From contig CAXHJY010000001.1 of assembly GCA_964016885.1 (NCBI GenBank), forward strand, positions 682,001-746,000: DNA of 64,000 bases, in the 5' to 3' direction. How positions within the stretch are numbered: the first letter of the stretch is position 1; the number at the start of each line of letters is the position of its first letter. The notes beneath the pieces were generated by a model. It was not told where the DNA came from and did not search any database. It saw nothing but the letters and a program-made list of their open reading frames with translations. The translations under genes were made by a program, and so were the position numbers. Shown one piece after another: positions 12,730-25,858 of the stretch. The stretch comes from Eledone cirrhosa (lineage: Eukaryota).

Positions 12730-12936
12730 CCCTTTAGCATTCACATTATTTTATATATACTATTATATTTTCATGGTAAAGGCTTTATCTCACATAATAT
12801 TGAATCTATCAGATTTTGAAAGTATTTATTTTGAGAACAATACCTTAACATCAGTCTGAGCGACCAGTTACAGCCAGTTTCAACAAAAAGAGGTAGAGAA
12901 TTCTGGCCGGTTTTGGCTGGTTTGGACACTAAAGGG
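12730..12936 (+). mobile_element. piggyBac-like MITE monomer (207 bp)
   Basis: Shares the TTAA at 12726-12729 with the previous copy; ends CACTAAAGGG|TTAA. Confidence 0.85.
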
Positions 12937-13037
12937 TTAAGCAACTTTCAGTGGATAATGTTCCAATTTCCTCTCTTTGGGATTAAATTTTGATTTTGAT
13001 TAACATTTTTTCTAAGTTTTTTTCAAGTATTTTATAA

Positions 13038-14077
13038 AATTGATGGAAGCTATGAAGTAGGAAGACCTGGGATGAGGTGATAAAAGGTGACCTGACACAA
13101 TTGATGGAAGCTATGAAGTAGGAAGACCTGGGATGAGGTGATAAAAGGTGACCTGACACAATTTATGGAAGCTATGAAGTAGGAAGACCTGGGATGAGGT
13201 GATAATAGCTGACCTCACACAATTGATGGAAGCTATAGAGTAGGAAGACCTAGGATGAGGTGATAAAAGGTGACCTGACACAATTGATGGAAGCTATGAA
13301 GTAGGAAGACCTGGGATGAGGTGATAAAAGGTGACCTGACACAATTGATGGAAGCTATGAAGTAGGAAGACCTGGGATGAGGTGATAAAAGCTGACCTCA
13401 CACAATTGATGGAAGCTATGGAGTAGGAAGACCTGGGATGAGGTGATAAAAGCTGATCTCACACAATTGATGGAAGCTATAGAGTAGGAAGACCTAGTCT
13501 GAGGTGATAAAAGCTGACTTCACACAATTGATGGAAGCTATGAAGTAGGAAGACCTGGGATGAGGTGAAAAAGCTGACCTGACACAATTGATGGAAGCTA
13601 TGAAGTAGGAAGACCTAGTTTGAGGTGATAAAAGCTGACCTCACACAATTGATGGAAGCTATGAAGTAGGAAGACCTGGGATGAGGTGATAAAAGCTGAC
13701 TTCACACAATTGATGGAAGCCATGAAGTAGGAAGACCTAGGATGAGGTGATAAAAGTTGAGCTCACACAATTGATGGAAGCTATAGAGTAGGAAGACCTA
13801 GGATGTGGTGATAACAGCTGACCTGACACAATTGATGGAAGCTATGAAGTAGGAAGACCTGGGATAAGGTGATAATAGCTAACCTGACACAATTGATGGA
13901 AGCTATAGAGTAGGAAGACCTGGGATGAGGTGATAAAAGCTGACCTGACACAATTGATGGAAGCTATGGAGTAGGAAGACCTGGGATGAGGTGATAAAAG
14001 CTGACTTCACACAATTGATGGAAGCTATAGAGTAGGAAGACCTGGGATGAGGTGATAAAAGCTGACCTCACACAATT
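13038..14077 (+). repeat. 59-bp minisatellite (~18 copies) derived from the RTE ORF 3' end
   Basis: Unit TTGATGGAAGCTATGAAGTAGGAAGACCTGGGATGAGGTGATAAAAGCTGACCTCACACAA; the last unit runs on into RTE sequence (CACTTCTCAAAGACAATGACACAGGATCG). Confidence 0.9.
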
Positions 14078-14207
14078 GCACTTCTCAAAGACAATGACAC
14101 AGGATCGAGATCTTTGGTGTTATACAGTAATATAGAAGACCAGCCATCCCTAGTATTGGTATCAATGACTCCCACATGGACATCAATACACATCTATATA
14201 TACAAAC

Positions 14208-14565
14208 CTAACGTATCGAAGACCTCTGTCGGTCAAGAATGACCATGTGATTTGCAACTAGAAAGTTCCCCTCTGAGGCACAAGTCCAGTTGTTTGAGGA
14301 AGACCAGCAGTCACCCAAGTATACCAGTCTACCCTCTCCACGCCACCGATGTTGTCCAAGGGAAAGGTAATGGCTGATACAGCTTGGTACCAGTAACATC
14401 ACTACATATATATATACTATATATATATCATATATACACTGTCTACAGTATATATACACAATATATATATTATATATACGATGTGTACAATATATATTAT
14501 ACGCTATATATGTTGTCCAAGGGAAAGGCAATGGCTGATACAGCTTGGCACCAGTGACATCACAA
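14208..14565 (-). mobile_element. SINE body fragment (family also at 40480-40760 and 16943-17148)
   Basis: Shared block GTCCAAGGGAAAGGCAATGGCTGATACAGCTTGGCACCAGTGACATC. Confidence 0.7.
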
Positions 14566-14979
14566 CATATATATATATAACTTATATCCCAGACTTCCAT
14601 AGATTATTTCTATTCTACAGCTATCTCTCTTCCCCAATTTCAAAATGTTCTGTTTACATTATTATTATTATTATCATTGACTTGTTTCCACAATGTATAT
14701 ACTTCGACCTTGTTTTTGATATAAACCATGTTGGACATTGTGTCTTTCTCTACAAACTCATCCCTAACCCCTGCAATTACCTCTCCTTTCTCTCAAAGCT
14801 AGGTGACAATCTTCGAAATTCTTGCATATCTGCCTTGTCTAATATGCCTACTTATATCTGCTTATTTCCCCCGAATCTCCTGTGATGATATATGTCATGA
14901 TGGCTACCTATCTCACAATTTCCCACTCACCACCATTGGCTATTTGACCAATCAAACCACAGCAACATGTCCTTACCCA

Positions 14980-15176
14980 TTACCAGCCCCAACAAACTTT
15001 GCCATTATTACTACTGTCCTTCTAGCCGTTACCAGCCCCAACAAACTCTGCCATTACTACTACTGTCCTTCTAGCCCTTACCAGCCCCAACAAACTCTGC
15101 CATTACTACTACTGTCCTTCTAGCCCTTACCAGCCCCAACAAACTCTGCCATTATTACTACTGTCCTTCTAGCCCT
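14980..15176. repeat. 49-bp tandem repeat, four copies
   Basis: TTACCAGCCCCAACAAACTCTGCCATTACTACTACTGTCCTTCTAGCCC at 14980, 15029, 15078 and 15127. Confidence 0.9.
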
Positions 15177-15299
15177 GCACCAAAGTATACTTGATTACTG
15201 TTATGTATGGAGGAGCGAAGGATAAATGGAACAACCCCGAATAAATAAATGAATATGAATCTGCGAGTTACCAAGCACCCATGCAAAGCTTTAATTCAG

Positions 15300-16896
15300 A
15301 GACAGGAAGCATACACACTCCCCTGCAAAAATTCACCTTTTCCCACAAATGATGGCAAATGTCCAAAACTCTGAGTCGGCAGCATCAACATAAGCACAAT
15401 GAAAGGAAGGGAAGGAGAAATTATAGACATGCTAGAGTGAAAGGATATTGACGTATGCTGTGTGCAAGAGACTAGGTGGAGAGGAGAGTTCGCTAGAGTC
15501 CTTGTAGGCAAAAGTTAGTGCTATAAATTTTTCTGGGTGGGAAATGACAATGGGATGGGTGGTGTAGGTATACTATTAGCTGACAAATCGGTAGATAAAG
15601 TAATAACCACACATATTGTTAACCAGGTAATACTAGAGGGTGTCATACCAAAGGATTGGTGCAGCAGCATCATCGTCAACTGCTACAAGGGTAAAGTAGA
15701 TGCACTAGATAGAATAAACTATAGAGATATAAAGCTGATGGACCAGGTCATGAAAGTAATGGAAAGAGTCATAGCACAGTTGATCAGGGAGTGGGTAAAA
15801 CTAGGTGAGATGCAGTTTGGGCTTGTGCCAGGAAAAAGCACCACTGATGCTCTCTTCCTTGTGAGGCAGTTACAGGTAAAGTACCTAGCTAAAAGCAAGC
15901 CGCTCTACCTGGCTCTTGTCGATATGGAAAAATTCTTCAACAGAGTGCTCCGTGCTATAATCTGGTGGGCTCTTAGAAAACTAAGAGTAGATTAGTGGCT
16001 TGTGAAAGCTGTACAAGCCATGTATAGGGGAGCAGTCAGCAAAGTTAGAGTTAACAATTACTATAGCGAGGAATCTAGCATACAGGTCGGTGTCCACCAG
16101 GGCTCTGTTCTTAACCTTCTTCTGTTTATAATAGTATTGCAGGCTATAACAGAGGAGTTTAAGACCTGATGCCCATAGGAACTCCTATATGCGGATGATC
16201 TTACACTTATAGCTGAATCTATGGCAGAACTAAAGAAACAAGCACCACCAAACTCTGGGAGAGATCTGTAGAAACAGTAGACTGCTTTTGCTACCTAGGT
16301 GACGAAAGGAGCAGCGGAGGTGGGTGTTCTGAAAGTACAGTAACAGGATTGAAGAAGTTTAGGGAGCTACTGCCACTGCTAGCTGCAAAAGGCTTTTCCC
16401 TCAAAATGAAAGGCAGACAGTATGATACGTGCATACGAACAGCAATGCTACATGGTAGTGAGACCTGGGCACTGTCTGTAGAAGACTTGCGTAGATTAGA
16501 AAGAAACGAAGCTTGCATGCTCCGATGGACGTGTAATAGTAATATACGCGAACGGTAAAGCATTAACAAATTGAGAGAGAGACTGAACATAAGAGGAATC
16601 AAATGCTGCGTGCAGCAGAGGAGGTTGTGTTGTAGCCCCTGGGTACAAGCTGAAGCACATAGACAATATGCCCCACCCCCTCCCACTGTAAAGTGGCCGT
16701 GGAGGTGTCACAACAAAAAAACACCCATCACTCACTGTGAGGTTGGTGTTAGGAAGGGCATCCAGCTGTAGAAATCAAGCCAAAATCGGTTCCCATCTGA
16801 GCAAGACAAGGTCACCCTATCTGGCACTGCCCACAACAGGACAACCTGTCTAACCCATACTACCATGGAAGAAGGGACGTAAAACAGTGATGATGA
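15300..16896 (+). mobile_element. Degenerate, internally deleted RTE LINE
   Basis: The endonuclease start (VCCVQETRWRG, GVGILLADK) is fused directly to the RT region (PKDWCSSIIVNCYKGK, LLYADDL); multiple stops; (GAT)n tail. Confidence 0.85.
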
Positions 16897-16942
16897 TATA
16901 GATATATATACACTGTGTACAGTATATATACACTATATATAT

Positions 16943-17148
16943 GTCCAAGAGAAAGGTTATGACTGATATAGCTTGGCACCAGTGACATCACAACTCATTT
17001 CTACAGCTGAGTAAACTGGAGTAACGTGAAATAAAGTGTCTTGCTCAAGGACACAACACAACACCCTGTCCGAGAATCGAACTCACAATCTTTAGATTGC
17101 AAGCCCAATGCTTTAACCACTAAGCCATGATACGTTCCAGAAACAACC
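16943..17148 (-). mobile_element. tRNA-derived SINE
   Basis: Minus strand has A-box TGGCTTAGTGG and B-box GAGTTCGATTC, followed by the SINE body TCCTTGAGCAAGACACTTTATTTCAC. Confidence 0.75.
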
Positions 17149-17299
17149 ATGTTACAGAGAGACCAATCTATGAATTGTTTGTAGTAGATTAGAGCAAAAC
17201 ACAATCAGTAAAACAATAATGGAATGAAAATATAAAAATTTGTTCATAATTAAAGCCTTAAGATGTCCCTTCCTTACGATATACTCTTTAATAACATCG

Positions 17300-17493
17300 A
17301 AACTTATTTAATAAGTTTAAATTTTAAACACTTTTTACTCAGACGTACCGCGATAAGAAAATAGATATGTTCTAACGAATAATCCGCGATGTGGCGAGGA
17401 TTACCGCGATAGGAAATTAGATACGTTCCAAAGAAATATCCGCGATGTAACGGGACCGCGAAAAGTGAACCGCAATATAGCGGGGGATTACTG
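17300..17493 (-). mobile_element. Tigger/pogo-like MITE end
   Basis: One terminus TA|CAGTAATCCCCCGCTATATTGCGG plus repeated CCGCGA subterminal motifs; second TIR not seen. Confidence 0.5.
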
Positions 17494-17632
17494 TATATAT
17501 ACACACACAATATACATCTATCTATATACACTCATAACATTTATTTCGATGTTTGACATTAAAATGTTGACTGAGGGTGCGACAACTGTTTCTTGTGTGA
17601 GGTTGTTCCAGTGGTTGAAATATAGACGGAGG

Positions 17633-18284
17633 TGTAACGGAATATTATGTGTGGTTGTAACGACAAGTGGATGGATGGATGTAACTGTTGGTATGGTGGT
17701 TTCGGTGTAAAGAAAAATACCAGGAGTGTTGTTACAAAGTTTATTTTATTACAACAATATTCAATTTGAATATTGAATGATAAAATAATTGACACAAAAT
17801 ATTCATACAATAATTTGGTGGCTCTTCGAGCCACGTAAATTCAAATATCACAGAATACGATTATAATACGTGTAAACAGAAATGAATGATACGTGTACAA
17901 ATGCTGGACTCACTATGAATGCGTGTGTGCGCCGTATCAGTATATTTACTTATTTGTATTGCAGGAGTCAGCGATCAGCCAGGAAGGTGAGAATAAGTGA
18001 TAGACTGGTTTTTCGTGACGAGAGCTTGTAAAACGTCTTGTCTTGTCTGTATCCCACTTCTTTTCTGTTTTTGGCGTAAACAATCCCTGTCTTTATAAGA
18101 GTAGAATTTAGAAGGATAGATATATCCTCTAAACTTTGGTTAGTCTCCCAAGGGATTAGTTTGACAAGCGTAAACAAGTCATAAAGATGGATATATCCTC
18201 TGACCTATTTTCTGTCAGGCGTAAACACCTCTGATCTGCGTTTAGCCTCTCCCAAGGGATTAGTCTCTTGAGCGTAAACAAGTT
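17633..18284 (-). repeat. Gypsy LTR (longer variant, inner end truncated)
   Basis: Begins TGTAACGGAATA like the LTR at 21449; 17972-18284 aligns with 21473-21789; ~300 bp extra. Confidence 0.75.
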
Positions 18285-18636
18285 AAGATTGAACGATCTA
18301 GGTGCATGTGAAATAAAGATAGGTATGACTAGGTGTGTTGTTGAAGAAAATCAGTAAAAATAAAAAAACACATGAAAGTCATTTACAAACAGGAGACATG
18401 GAAGAAAACATGCAAAGCAAAAGAAATTTACATTCAGGAAAATGTACTGTGATGTTACATAATATTGAAAATGTTCGTACGAAAAGTTTGTTGATTAAAA
18501 GTTTGTTCATTTCATAGAAACAGAAAAATGTTCTTTTGTCTGTTCTTTTGATGTGGGTGATGCACAGAGTTAATTGATTTGTGTGTAGCAATAGTTCATG
18601 ACCACAGAAATTGGCCGATTCATTGAAATGTACAAA

Positions 18637-21298
18637 TTAGCCAAAATGTCGACCAGATGCATAATTTGTACTTACCCGATAAACTTGTACGTATCCCATG
18701 GCGTGGGCCATCGGACTGTTCTTCCGGATTTGGTGTGCAGAATTTTCCGTGTTTGTGTCGGGCAAAATTGTTGGTGAGTCTGCTGGAGAAACGGTGGGTA
18801 CTGGTGGCAATTCCTGTTCTATGAACGCTTTTTTTAAACGATCAATGGAGACGGTATTTCGCTTCCCGTTCAAGTCGAGGACGAAATACTTAGGGCATTT
18901 CTGTATCACCTTGTAGGGCCCGGACGGAATACGGCGGACGAAGTTGCGATGGAATACCGTCATTTCTAACGAAAACATGCGTCCATGTATCGATGTCTTT
19001 TGGTATGTGTGAAGTAACGTGCTGTTTAGGGGCTGAAGGAGACAGATGCGACATTGATGACCGTAAACGGTGCACATATTTTGTAGGGTCTGGAAGTTCT
19101 TGTGGCGAAACAGGAGTGATCATTTGTCCGGGTAGAGTGAGTACGGTGCCATACACCATTTCAGCCGGAGAATGTCCGACTCCCTCTTTAACAGTGGAAC
19201 GAATACCAAGAAGAATGAGTGGGAGGTATTCGAACCAGTTAGTGGAGTCTTCGTAAGCCTTGATAGATGATTTTAGCTGGCGGTGTAAGCGTTCTACCAT
19301 GCCGTTAGCGGCAGGGTGATACGCTGTTGTACGGATGTGTTTGCACCCGAGGAGACGAGTCAGCTCGGTAAATAGATTCGAATCGAACTGACGTCCTCTA
19401 TCCGTAGTGATGGTCGCGGGTGTGCCGAAACGTGAAACCCAGTGAAACACTAACGTTTTGGCGACAGTTTCCGCAGTAATATCCGTCAGGGGAAAAGCTT
19501 CTGGCCAGCGAGAAAATCGGTCGACACAGGTGAGAAGATGAGTGTAGTTTTGAGAAGGAGGCAAAGGTCCAACTATGTCTATATGCACATGTTGGAACCG
19601 TGCATCAGGTGTTGCGATCGGGGCTTTGATGTGCCGGTGAATTTTCGCCTTCTGGCACGCGATGCAGTTCCTAGCCCATTCGCGGGTGTCCTTGTTGATG
19701 TTGGGCCACACAAAGCGGGCAACCATCAGTTTCTGCGTGGCGCGGACGCCAGGATGTACCAGAGCATGCAGTGTCGAGAAAACGTCGCGTCGATGTTTCC
19801 GGGGCACGTATGGGCGCTCGCGGCCTGTGGAGATGTCACACCAAATATAACCCGAAGAAGAGGGCAGCGGGCATTCCTTCAATTTCAAGGATGATTTCTG
19901 GAGTTGCAGCAGTTCCTCGTCATTCTGTTGATCCGCTGCAATCTTCTGGTGGTCGATAGTGGCAGTGGTGTGGATTGCGTTAAGCTCCATGCGCGATAGG
20001 GCATAAGCTGCTGAGTTGGTGGCACCCTTAATGTACCGAATATCAGTAGTGTACTGAGAAATGAAGTCCAGATGTCGGACCTCCCTGGGTGAGTGTCGGT
20101 CAGGCTTGGCATTGAACGCGTACACTAGTGGTTTGTGGTCGGTGTATATAGAGAACACACGGCCTTTTAACATGTGTCGAAAATGCTTGACAGCAAGGTA
20201 TGCTGCCAATAATTCACGACTAAATGTGCTATACTTAGTTTCGGCGGGTTTTAATTGCTTAGAGAAAAAAGATACAGGTCGCCAAATATCGCCAGAGAGT
20301 TGTTGAAGCACACCTCCAACTCCGAAATCGGATGCATCAGTCAATAAACACATTGGGGCGTCAGGTTTGGGGTAACTCAGCATTGTAGCCTCGGACAACA
20401 TTTTCTTCAACTCAGCGAAAGCGGTATATTCTTTTTCGCTGAGCTTGATGTTTGCGTTTTTGGTTGTACGCTGCCGCAGCAAATCTGTGAGTGGTTGGGC
20501 TGTCTCTGCACAGTGGGGTATACATCTTCTGTAGAAGTTTACCAGGCCAAGAAATTCTCGCAGTTTGCGGAGAGATATAGGTTGTGGAAAATCAATGATG
20601 GATTTGAATTTCTCCTTAAGTGGGCGAATACCATCTTTGTCAATGATGTGTCCCAGAAAATGAAGGGACGCAACTCCGAACTCACATTTGCTGGGGTTGA
20701 TAACAATTCCATATTCACGCAAACGTGTGAATAGGAGATCCAGGTGTTTCTCATGTGCTTCATCGGAGCTGCTGGCCACCAGTAAGTCGTCAATGTATGC
20801 GTATACAAAAGGTAGACCCCTGGTGACTGTATCGATGAATCGCTGGAATGTCTGCGCTGCATTTCGCAAACCGAAAGGCATACGCAGAAATTCGAACATT
20901 CCAAAGGGTGTTGTGACGGCGGTCTTTGGAATATCTGCGGGCTCAACGGGTATCTGATTGTAAGCTCGCACAAGATCGATCTTCGAAAATATGCGAGCCC
21001 CATGCAGCGAGCTAGAGAAGTCCTGTAGATGAGGCACTGGATAAGAGTTAGGAACGGTGCAGTTGTTCAGTGCACGGTAGTCGCCACAGATTCGCCAGTC
21101 GTTCGACGACTTCTTGGGTACACAGTGTATGGGTGAGGACCAGTTGCTGCTGGACGGACGTATGATGCCGAGATCCAGCATGTGCTGAAATTCTTGTTTG
21201 ACGGACTTCAGCCGGTCTGGTGGTAGCCTTCTAGGTCGTACAGCGACAGGTGGGCCGTGTGTTATTATGCGAACTGCGCTTGGATGTGCGCGAACCAC
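18637..21298 (-). pseudogene. Gypsy pol (RT, RNase H, integrase)
   Basis: [56 protein letters not shown] and GMVERLH; the GPY..DRLK tail is shifted to another frame by a TCCG duplication near 18920-18928. Confidence 0.92.
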
Positions 21299-21448
21299 AG
21301 TGTTAGATCGTGCACCCAGAATGGTGGAATTCTTAATGTAAATGCCGCCCTCACTGCCATTTCTGCCGTAGATGAATCGTCGTGTGCTAGAGACTTCGTT
21401 TGTAGTGGATGATCAGAAGTTGTGTGTCTGTTTTACGGGGTCACCAGT

Positions 21449-21794
21449 TGTAACGGAATATGTGGTTGTATCGATCAGCCAGGCAGGAGAGGAAATTAGT
21501 GACGGACTGGTGTATTTCGTGACGAGAGCTTGTAAAGGCCACTTGTGTTGTCTGTATATCACTTCTTTTCTGTCGGGGCGTAAACAACCCCTGTATTTAT
21601 AAGAGTTGAAGTTAGAAGGATAGATATATCCTCTGAACTTTGGTTAGAGTCTCCCAAGGGATTAGTTTGCCAAGCGTAAACAACTCAGAAAGATGGATAT
21701 ATTCTCTGACCTTTTCTGTCAGGCGTAAACACCTCTGACCTGTGTTTAGCCTCTCCCAAGGGGTTAGTCTCTTGAGCGTAAACAACTTACCACA
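21449..21794 (-). repeat. Gypsy 5' LTR
   Basis: TGTAAC...TTACCACA, adjacent to the PBS. Confidence 0.85.
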
Positions 21795-22203
21795 GCTTGT
21801 CCCAGAGGCGGGAAAGCTCAGATTCGGTTTCCAATCTTTGCCGCCGTTGTATATATATAACAAAGGAGGTGTGGTAAGGAACCAGAAGGACCATAATGCA
21901 CCAGAGTACTCAATATATAAATATATATATATCAGTGGCAAAGAGTAACCTGGAAAGCAGGGTATGCAGTCCAATCGCCATGGTGGAAAGTATGAAAGTT
22001 GGCCTACTTTCATACACAATCCTTAGAATTTGCTGTTTAGATTTCACTTTCAACGCTTGACCGGCTCCACCACTCCCTCATTGCTCTACAGGCAAGTTCA
22101 GCCATCCCCACCTCCCACCCACTGCCATGATAGACTTAATTGTGTTTACCAGGAATTTTTGACCAATCCTCTTGACAGCTACAATCTTCCCATATAAGGA
22201 AGT

Positions 22204-22299
22204 ACCCCTTGAAAAGTTCGGCTATTTATTTACCAGGCTAAAAATTCTAATTTAGTCCAGAAATAGCCGTCGAAACGGCTTGAGCTCTACTGTCGGGGT
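22204..22299 (+). ncRNA. Type I hammerhead ribozyme motif, U3-A8 core variant
   Basis: ACCCC-TTGAAAA-G..CGGCTATTT/AAATAGCCG.C-GAAA-CGG..CTG-TC-GGGGT. Confidence 0.6.
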
Positions 22300-22319
22300 C
22301 ATACATTTTCCTATATATA

Positions 22320-25300
22320 TCATCATCATCATCATCTTCGTTTAACGTCCATTTCCCACGCTAGCATGGGTTAGACGGGAGTTGAGGCAAGGCTGGTCGG
22401 GTGACCGTGTCTCACTCATATAGAACTATCTGGCAGGTTTTCTACGGCTGGATGCCCTTCCTAACACCAACCACATTTACAGTGTGGAACTGGGAACTTT
22501 TTACCGTGTTACCTACACGACCACATTACAGCGTGGACTGTGTGTGTTTTTTTTTCCGTGACACCTACACGAACTCGATTTCATTTTCTCATGCTGTTGG
22601 TGGGAGTGGGAGGATAAGGTAGGGGTAGTTTATTGGGATGTATATTTGGTTAAGAGGTGCCTACTGACTGTAGGTTTCGCTTTGTACATAGGCAAGGCGG
22701 GTCTTCTGTATTACTGCATAGCACCAAAGATCTCAGTCCAGAGACATTGTCTTAGAGAGATGTAAGTGTGTGAGGTCAGAATTTATCAGATCATCCCAGG
22801 TTTTTCTGGGTCTACCTACTCCGTAACTACCATCAATTTTGATCGCCCTGCACTTTTTTATACAACTGTCGTCTTTCATGCGCATCACATGGCCATACCA
22901 ATGTAGTCTTCTCTCAAGTAAACAGCATCTGATCCCTCTTATTCCTAATTTCTAACTTAGTTCATTTATGCTTTGCCGTTCACGTATATTACTATTACAC
23001 ATCCAACGGAGCATGCATGCTTCGTTCCTTTCCAGCCTACACAGTTCCTCTGCAGGTAATGCCCATGCCTCACTGCCATGTAGCATTGCTGTTTGTATAC
23101 AGGCATCATACAATCTGCCTTTCATTTTTAGAGAGAAACCTTTTGTGGCCAACAGCAGTATAAGCGCTCTGAACTTTTTCCATCCCGTTCTGACTCTGGC
23201 TACTGTACTTTCAGAACACCCTCCACCACTGTTGATTTCGTCACTCAGGTAACGGAAAGTGTCTGCTTTTTCTATAGAACCATCTGGGCAATGGAAGGAG
23301 CTAGTATCCTTTGGACACTTGCTACTTATTGCACCTGAGCATTGGCCACATATAAAGTCTACGTTCTTAGATAGTTTACCTGTGATCCCACTACATCTTT
23401 TATGCACCCATACTTTGCATTTGGGACATAAAATGGAATTTCTGCCTACTCCTTTCCTACACACTGAGCATGGCCATTTCCTTGAGGGCACCTGTGCCCT
23501 ATTTTCCTTTCTACAAACTAGAACTTTAGTCTTAGACAAGTTAACTTTATGGCCTTTTGATTCTAGGCCATGCTTCCATGTTTCGAATTTCTTCTCTAGT
23601 TCAGCCATTGATTCAACTATGAGCGTTAGATCATATGCGTATAGGAGTTCCCATGGGCAGCGGGTCTTGAACTCCTCTGTTATAGCCTGAAGGGCAATAA
23701 TAAATAAGAGGGGGCTAAGGACAGAGCCTTGATGAACGCCAACTTTTACACTAAATTCTTCACAATATTCATTGTTAATTCTAACCTTACTGACTGTTTC
23801 ATTATACATAGCTTGTATAGCTCTCACCAGCCATTCATCTACATCTAGTTTTCTAAGAGCCCACCAGATAATGGAGCGGGGGACTCTGTCAAAAGCTTTC
23901 TCCAGGTCTACAAAAGCTAAGTAGAGGGGTTTTCTTTTAGCTAGGTACTTCTCTTGTAGTTGTCGTACAAGGAAAAGAGCGTCTGTGGTACTTTTACCTG
24001 ACACAAACCCAAACTGCATTTCATCTAGATCAATTCGCTCTCTGATTAGTTGCGCTATTACTCTTTCTGTGACCTTCATGACCTGGTCAACTAACTTAAT
24101 GCCTCTATAGTTTCCCCTATCTAGAGCATCCCCTTTACCCTTGTAGCAGTTAATGATGATGCTGCTACAGTCTTTCGGTATGACCCCATTCTGTATTACT
24201 TGGTTAACTATACGGGTGACCATAGTGTGTCCCGCCATACCAGATGCCTTCAACATCTTAGCAACTACCTCCGAAGGCCCAGCTGCCTTGCCTGTCTTCA
24301 TATCTTTGATTGCCTTACTTATTATACTACCTTTACCTTGCACCATTGGATCGATTTGGGGCAGACTATCTTTTTCCCATTTATTCTTCTCATTTAATAG
24401 TCTCTCGTAGTGCCACTTCCAGGCTTATCAGTATCAGTGAGCGCAAGTACACCATTATCATTACGGACACACTTCTCCCCGACAATATCACGGTTTTCCT
24501 TGACACATTGTCTAGCAATCCTGAACACCTCACGTTTTTGGTCCTCACGTTGCAGAACATGCTTGAACTTTCTATCCTCTGCTACCCTTTTTGCAAGGTA
24601 CACTTGTCTCCTAGCTTCTCTCCTGGCCACTTGATAGTGCTCTCTACTTCCCCCGTCCTGCCATTCTTTCCAAGCCTGCTTTTTGGCCTTGATTGTCTCT
24701 TCCACCTCACTGTTCCACCACCAAGTTACTCTCCTCCTGCCAATAGGTCTACTCCAGCCACAGATTTCATCCGTTGCTTTCAGCAGGTTCACTTTCAAGA
24801 ATTGCCACTGTTCCTCTCTATTGCACGTCTCTAATTGCTCTTCCTTATTGTCAAAGGCAACAAATAATAAGCTTTTAAATTTGTCACTGGCTATGGGGTC
24901 CTTCAACTTCCATATTCTTCTCCTCAAGGTAGGCCTCCTCTGTCGTCGAGTACGTCTATTCCTGTCTATGAGGTCACTAACTACTAAGCGATGTTGCGAG
25001 GTGCATTCTTCACGGGGGAGGGATTTAGAGTTTACAACAGACATTTTGTCCCGTCTTCTAGTAAGGATATAATCTATCTGGCTGGCGTGTTCCCCTGATC
25101 TATAGGTGATTAAATGGTATTCACGTTTTTTTAAGTTTGTGTTACATATAGTTAGGCTATTTGCATCACTGAATTCTAGGATTCTGAAACCCTCCTCATT
25201 TCTATTTCCAATCCCATAGCCTCCATGGATTCCATCATAGCCATCACTATGTTGTCCAACGTGACTGTTTAGATCGCTAGCAATAATTAAGTAGTCACTT

Positions 25301-25858
25301 TCGGTTATTTGGGAGGTAGTGTGCATTAGCATCTAATAGAACCTGTCCTTTATAACATCAGGTAGACCAGATTGGGGTGCATAAGGAGATATTATTGTCA
25401 CAGTAATTCTATTTAGAACTAGTCTTAATTCAATTATTCTGTCATTCACTATATTTACGTCATTACCTTATCTACCCATTTTTCAGCTAACATAATTCCT
25501 ACACTACCCTGTCTGTTGTCATTTCCCACCCAGAAAAGTTTATAGCATCGTTTTTTACCCACGATGAATCTGGCAGATCCCCCTCCTCACCTAGCCTCTT
25601 GAATACAACAAACATCAACTTCTTTACGTTCAAGCATCTCTACAACCTCATTTGAGCGACCTTTCAATGTGCCTACGTTCATGGTACCAACTCTGAAGTT
25701 GGGAGGGTGGGATGGATGGGTTGGAGGGACAGGGAGGGGTGTGGGAGACGGGATTTTGTTGGTCATCTGTGTCTGAAATAAAGAGGGGTCCTTGTATTCT
25801 CGTCTTGCAGCAGGAGGTGAATTTGTCTTTATCTGTGACATTGTCATTGAGTGCCATA
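22320..25858 (-). mobile_element. Near full-length RTE-clade LINE (APE endonuclease + RT), frameshifted and stopped
   Basis: ORF pieces 25587-25943 (VGTMNVGTL, CCIQE), 24394-25332 (SQIDYIL, SQHRLVV) and 22952-24346 (FVDLEKAFD, QGSVLSP, YAYD); 3' UTR and (GAT)n tail. Confidence 0.92.

Larger units (their letters stand above)
17633..21794 (-). mobile_element. Ty3/Gypsy LTR retrotransposon with gag/protease deleted
   Basis: 5' LTR 21449-21794 (TG...CA); PBS TGGTGACCCCG at 21436-21446 (minus strand); related LTR at 17633-18284; RT-RNaseH-integrase order. Confidence 0.88.

Noticed and set aside
13038-14077. CRISPR array
   Set aside because: No spacers; the unit derives from RTE coding sequence.
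14600-14960. Possible Penelope-like coding remnant
   Set aside because: No motif I could recognise with confidence.
17232-17305. Possible hammerhead (CTTAAGATG...CATCGAAAC)
   Set aside because: Core mutated and stems I and III absent because of an adjacent insertion.
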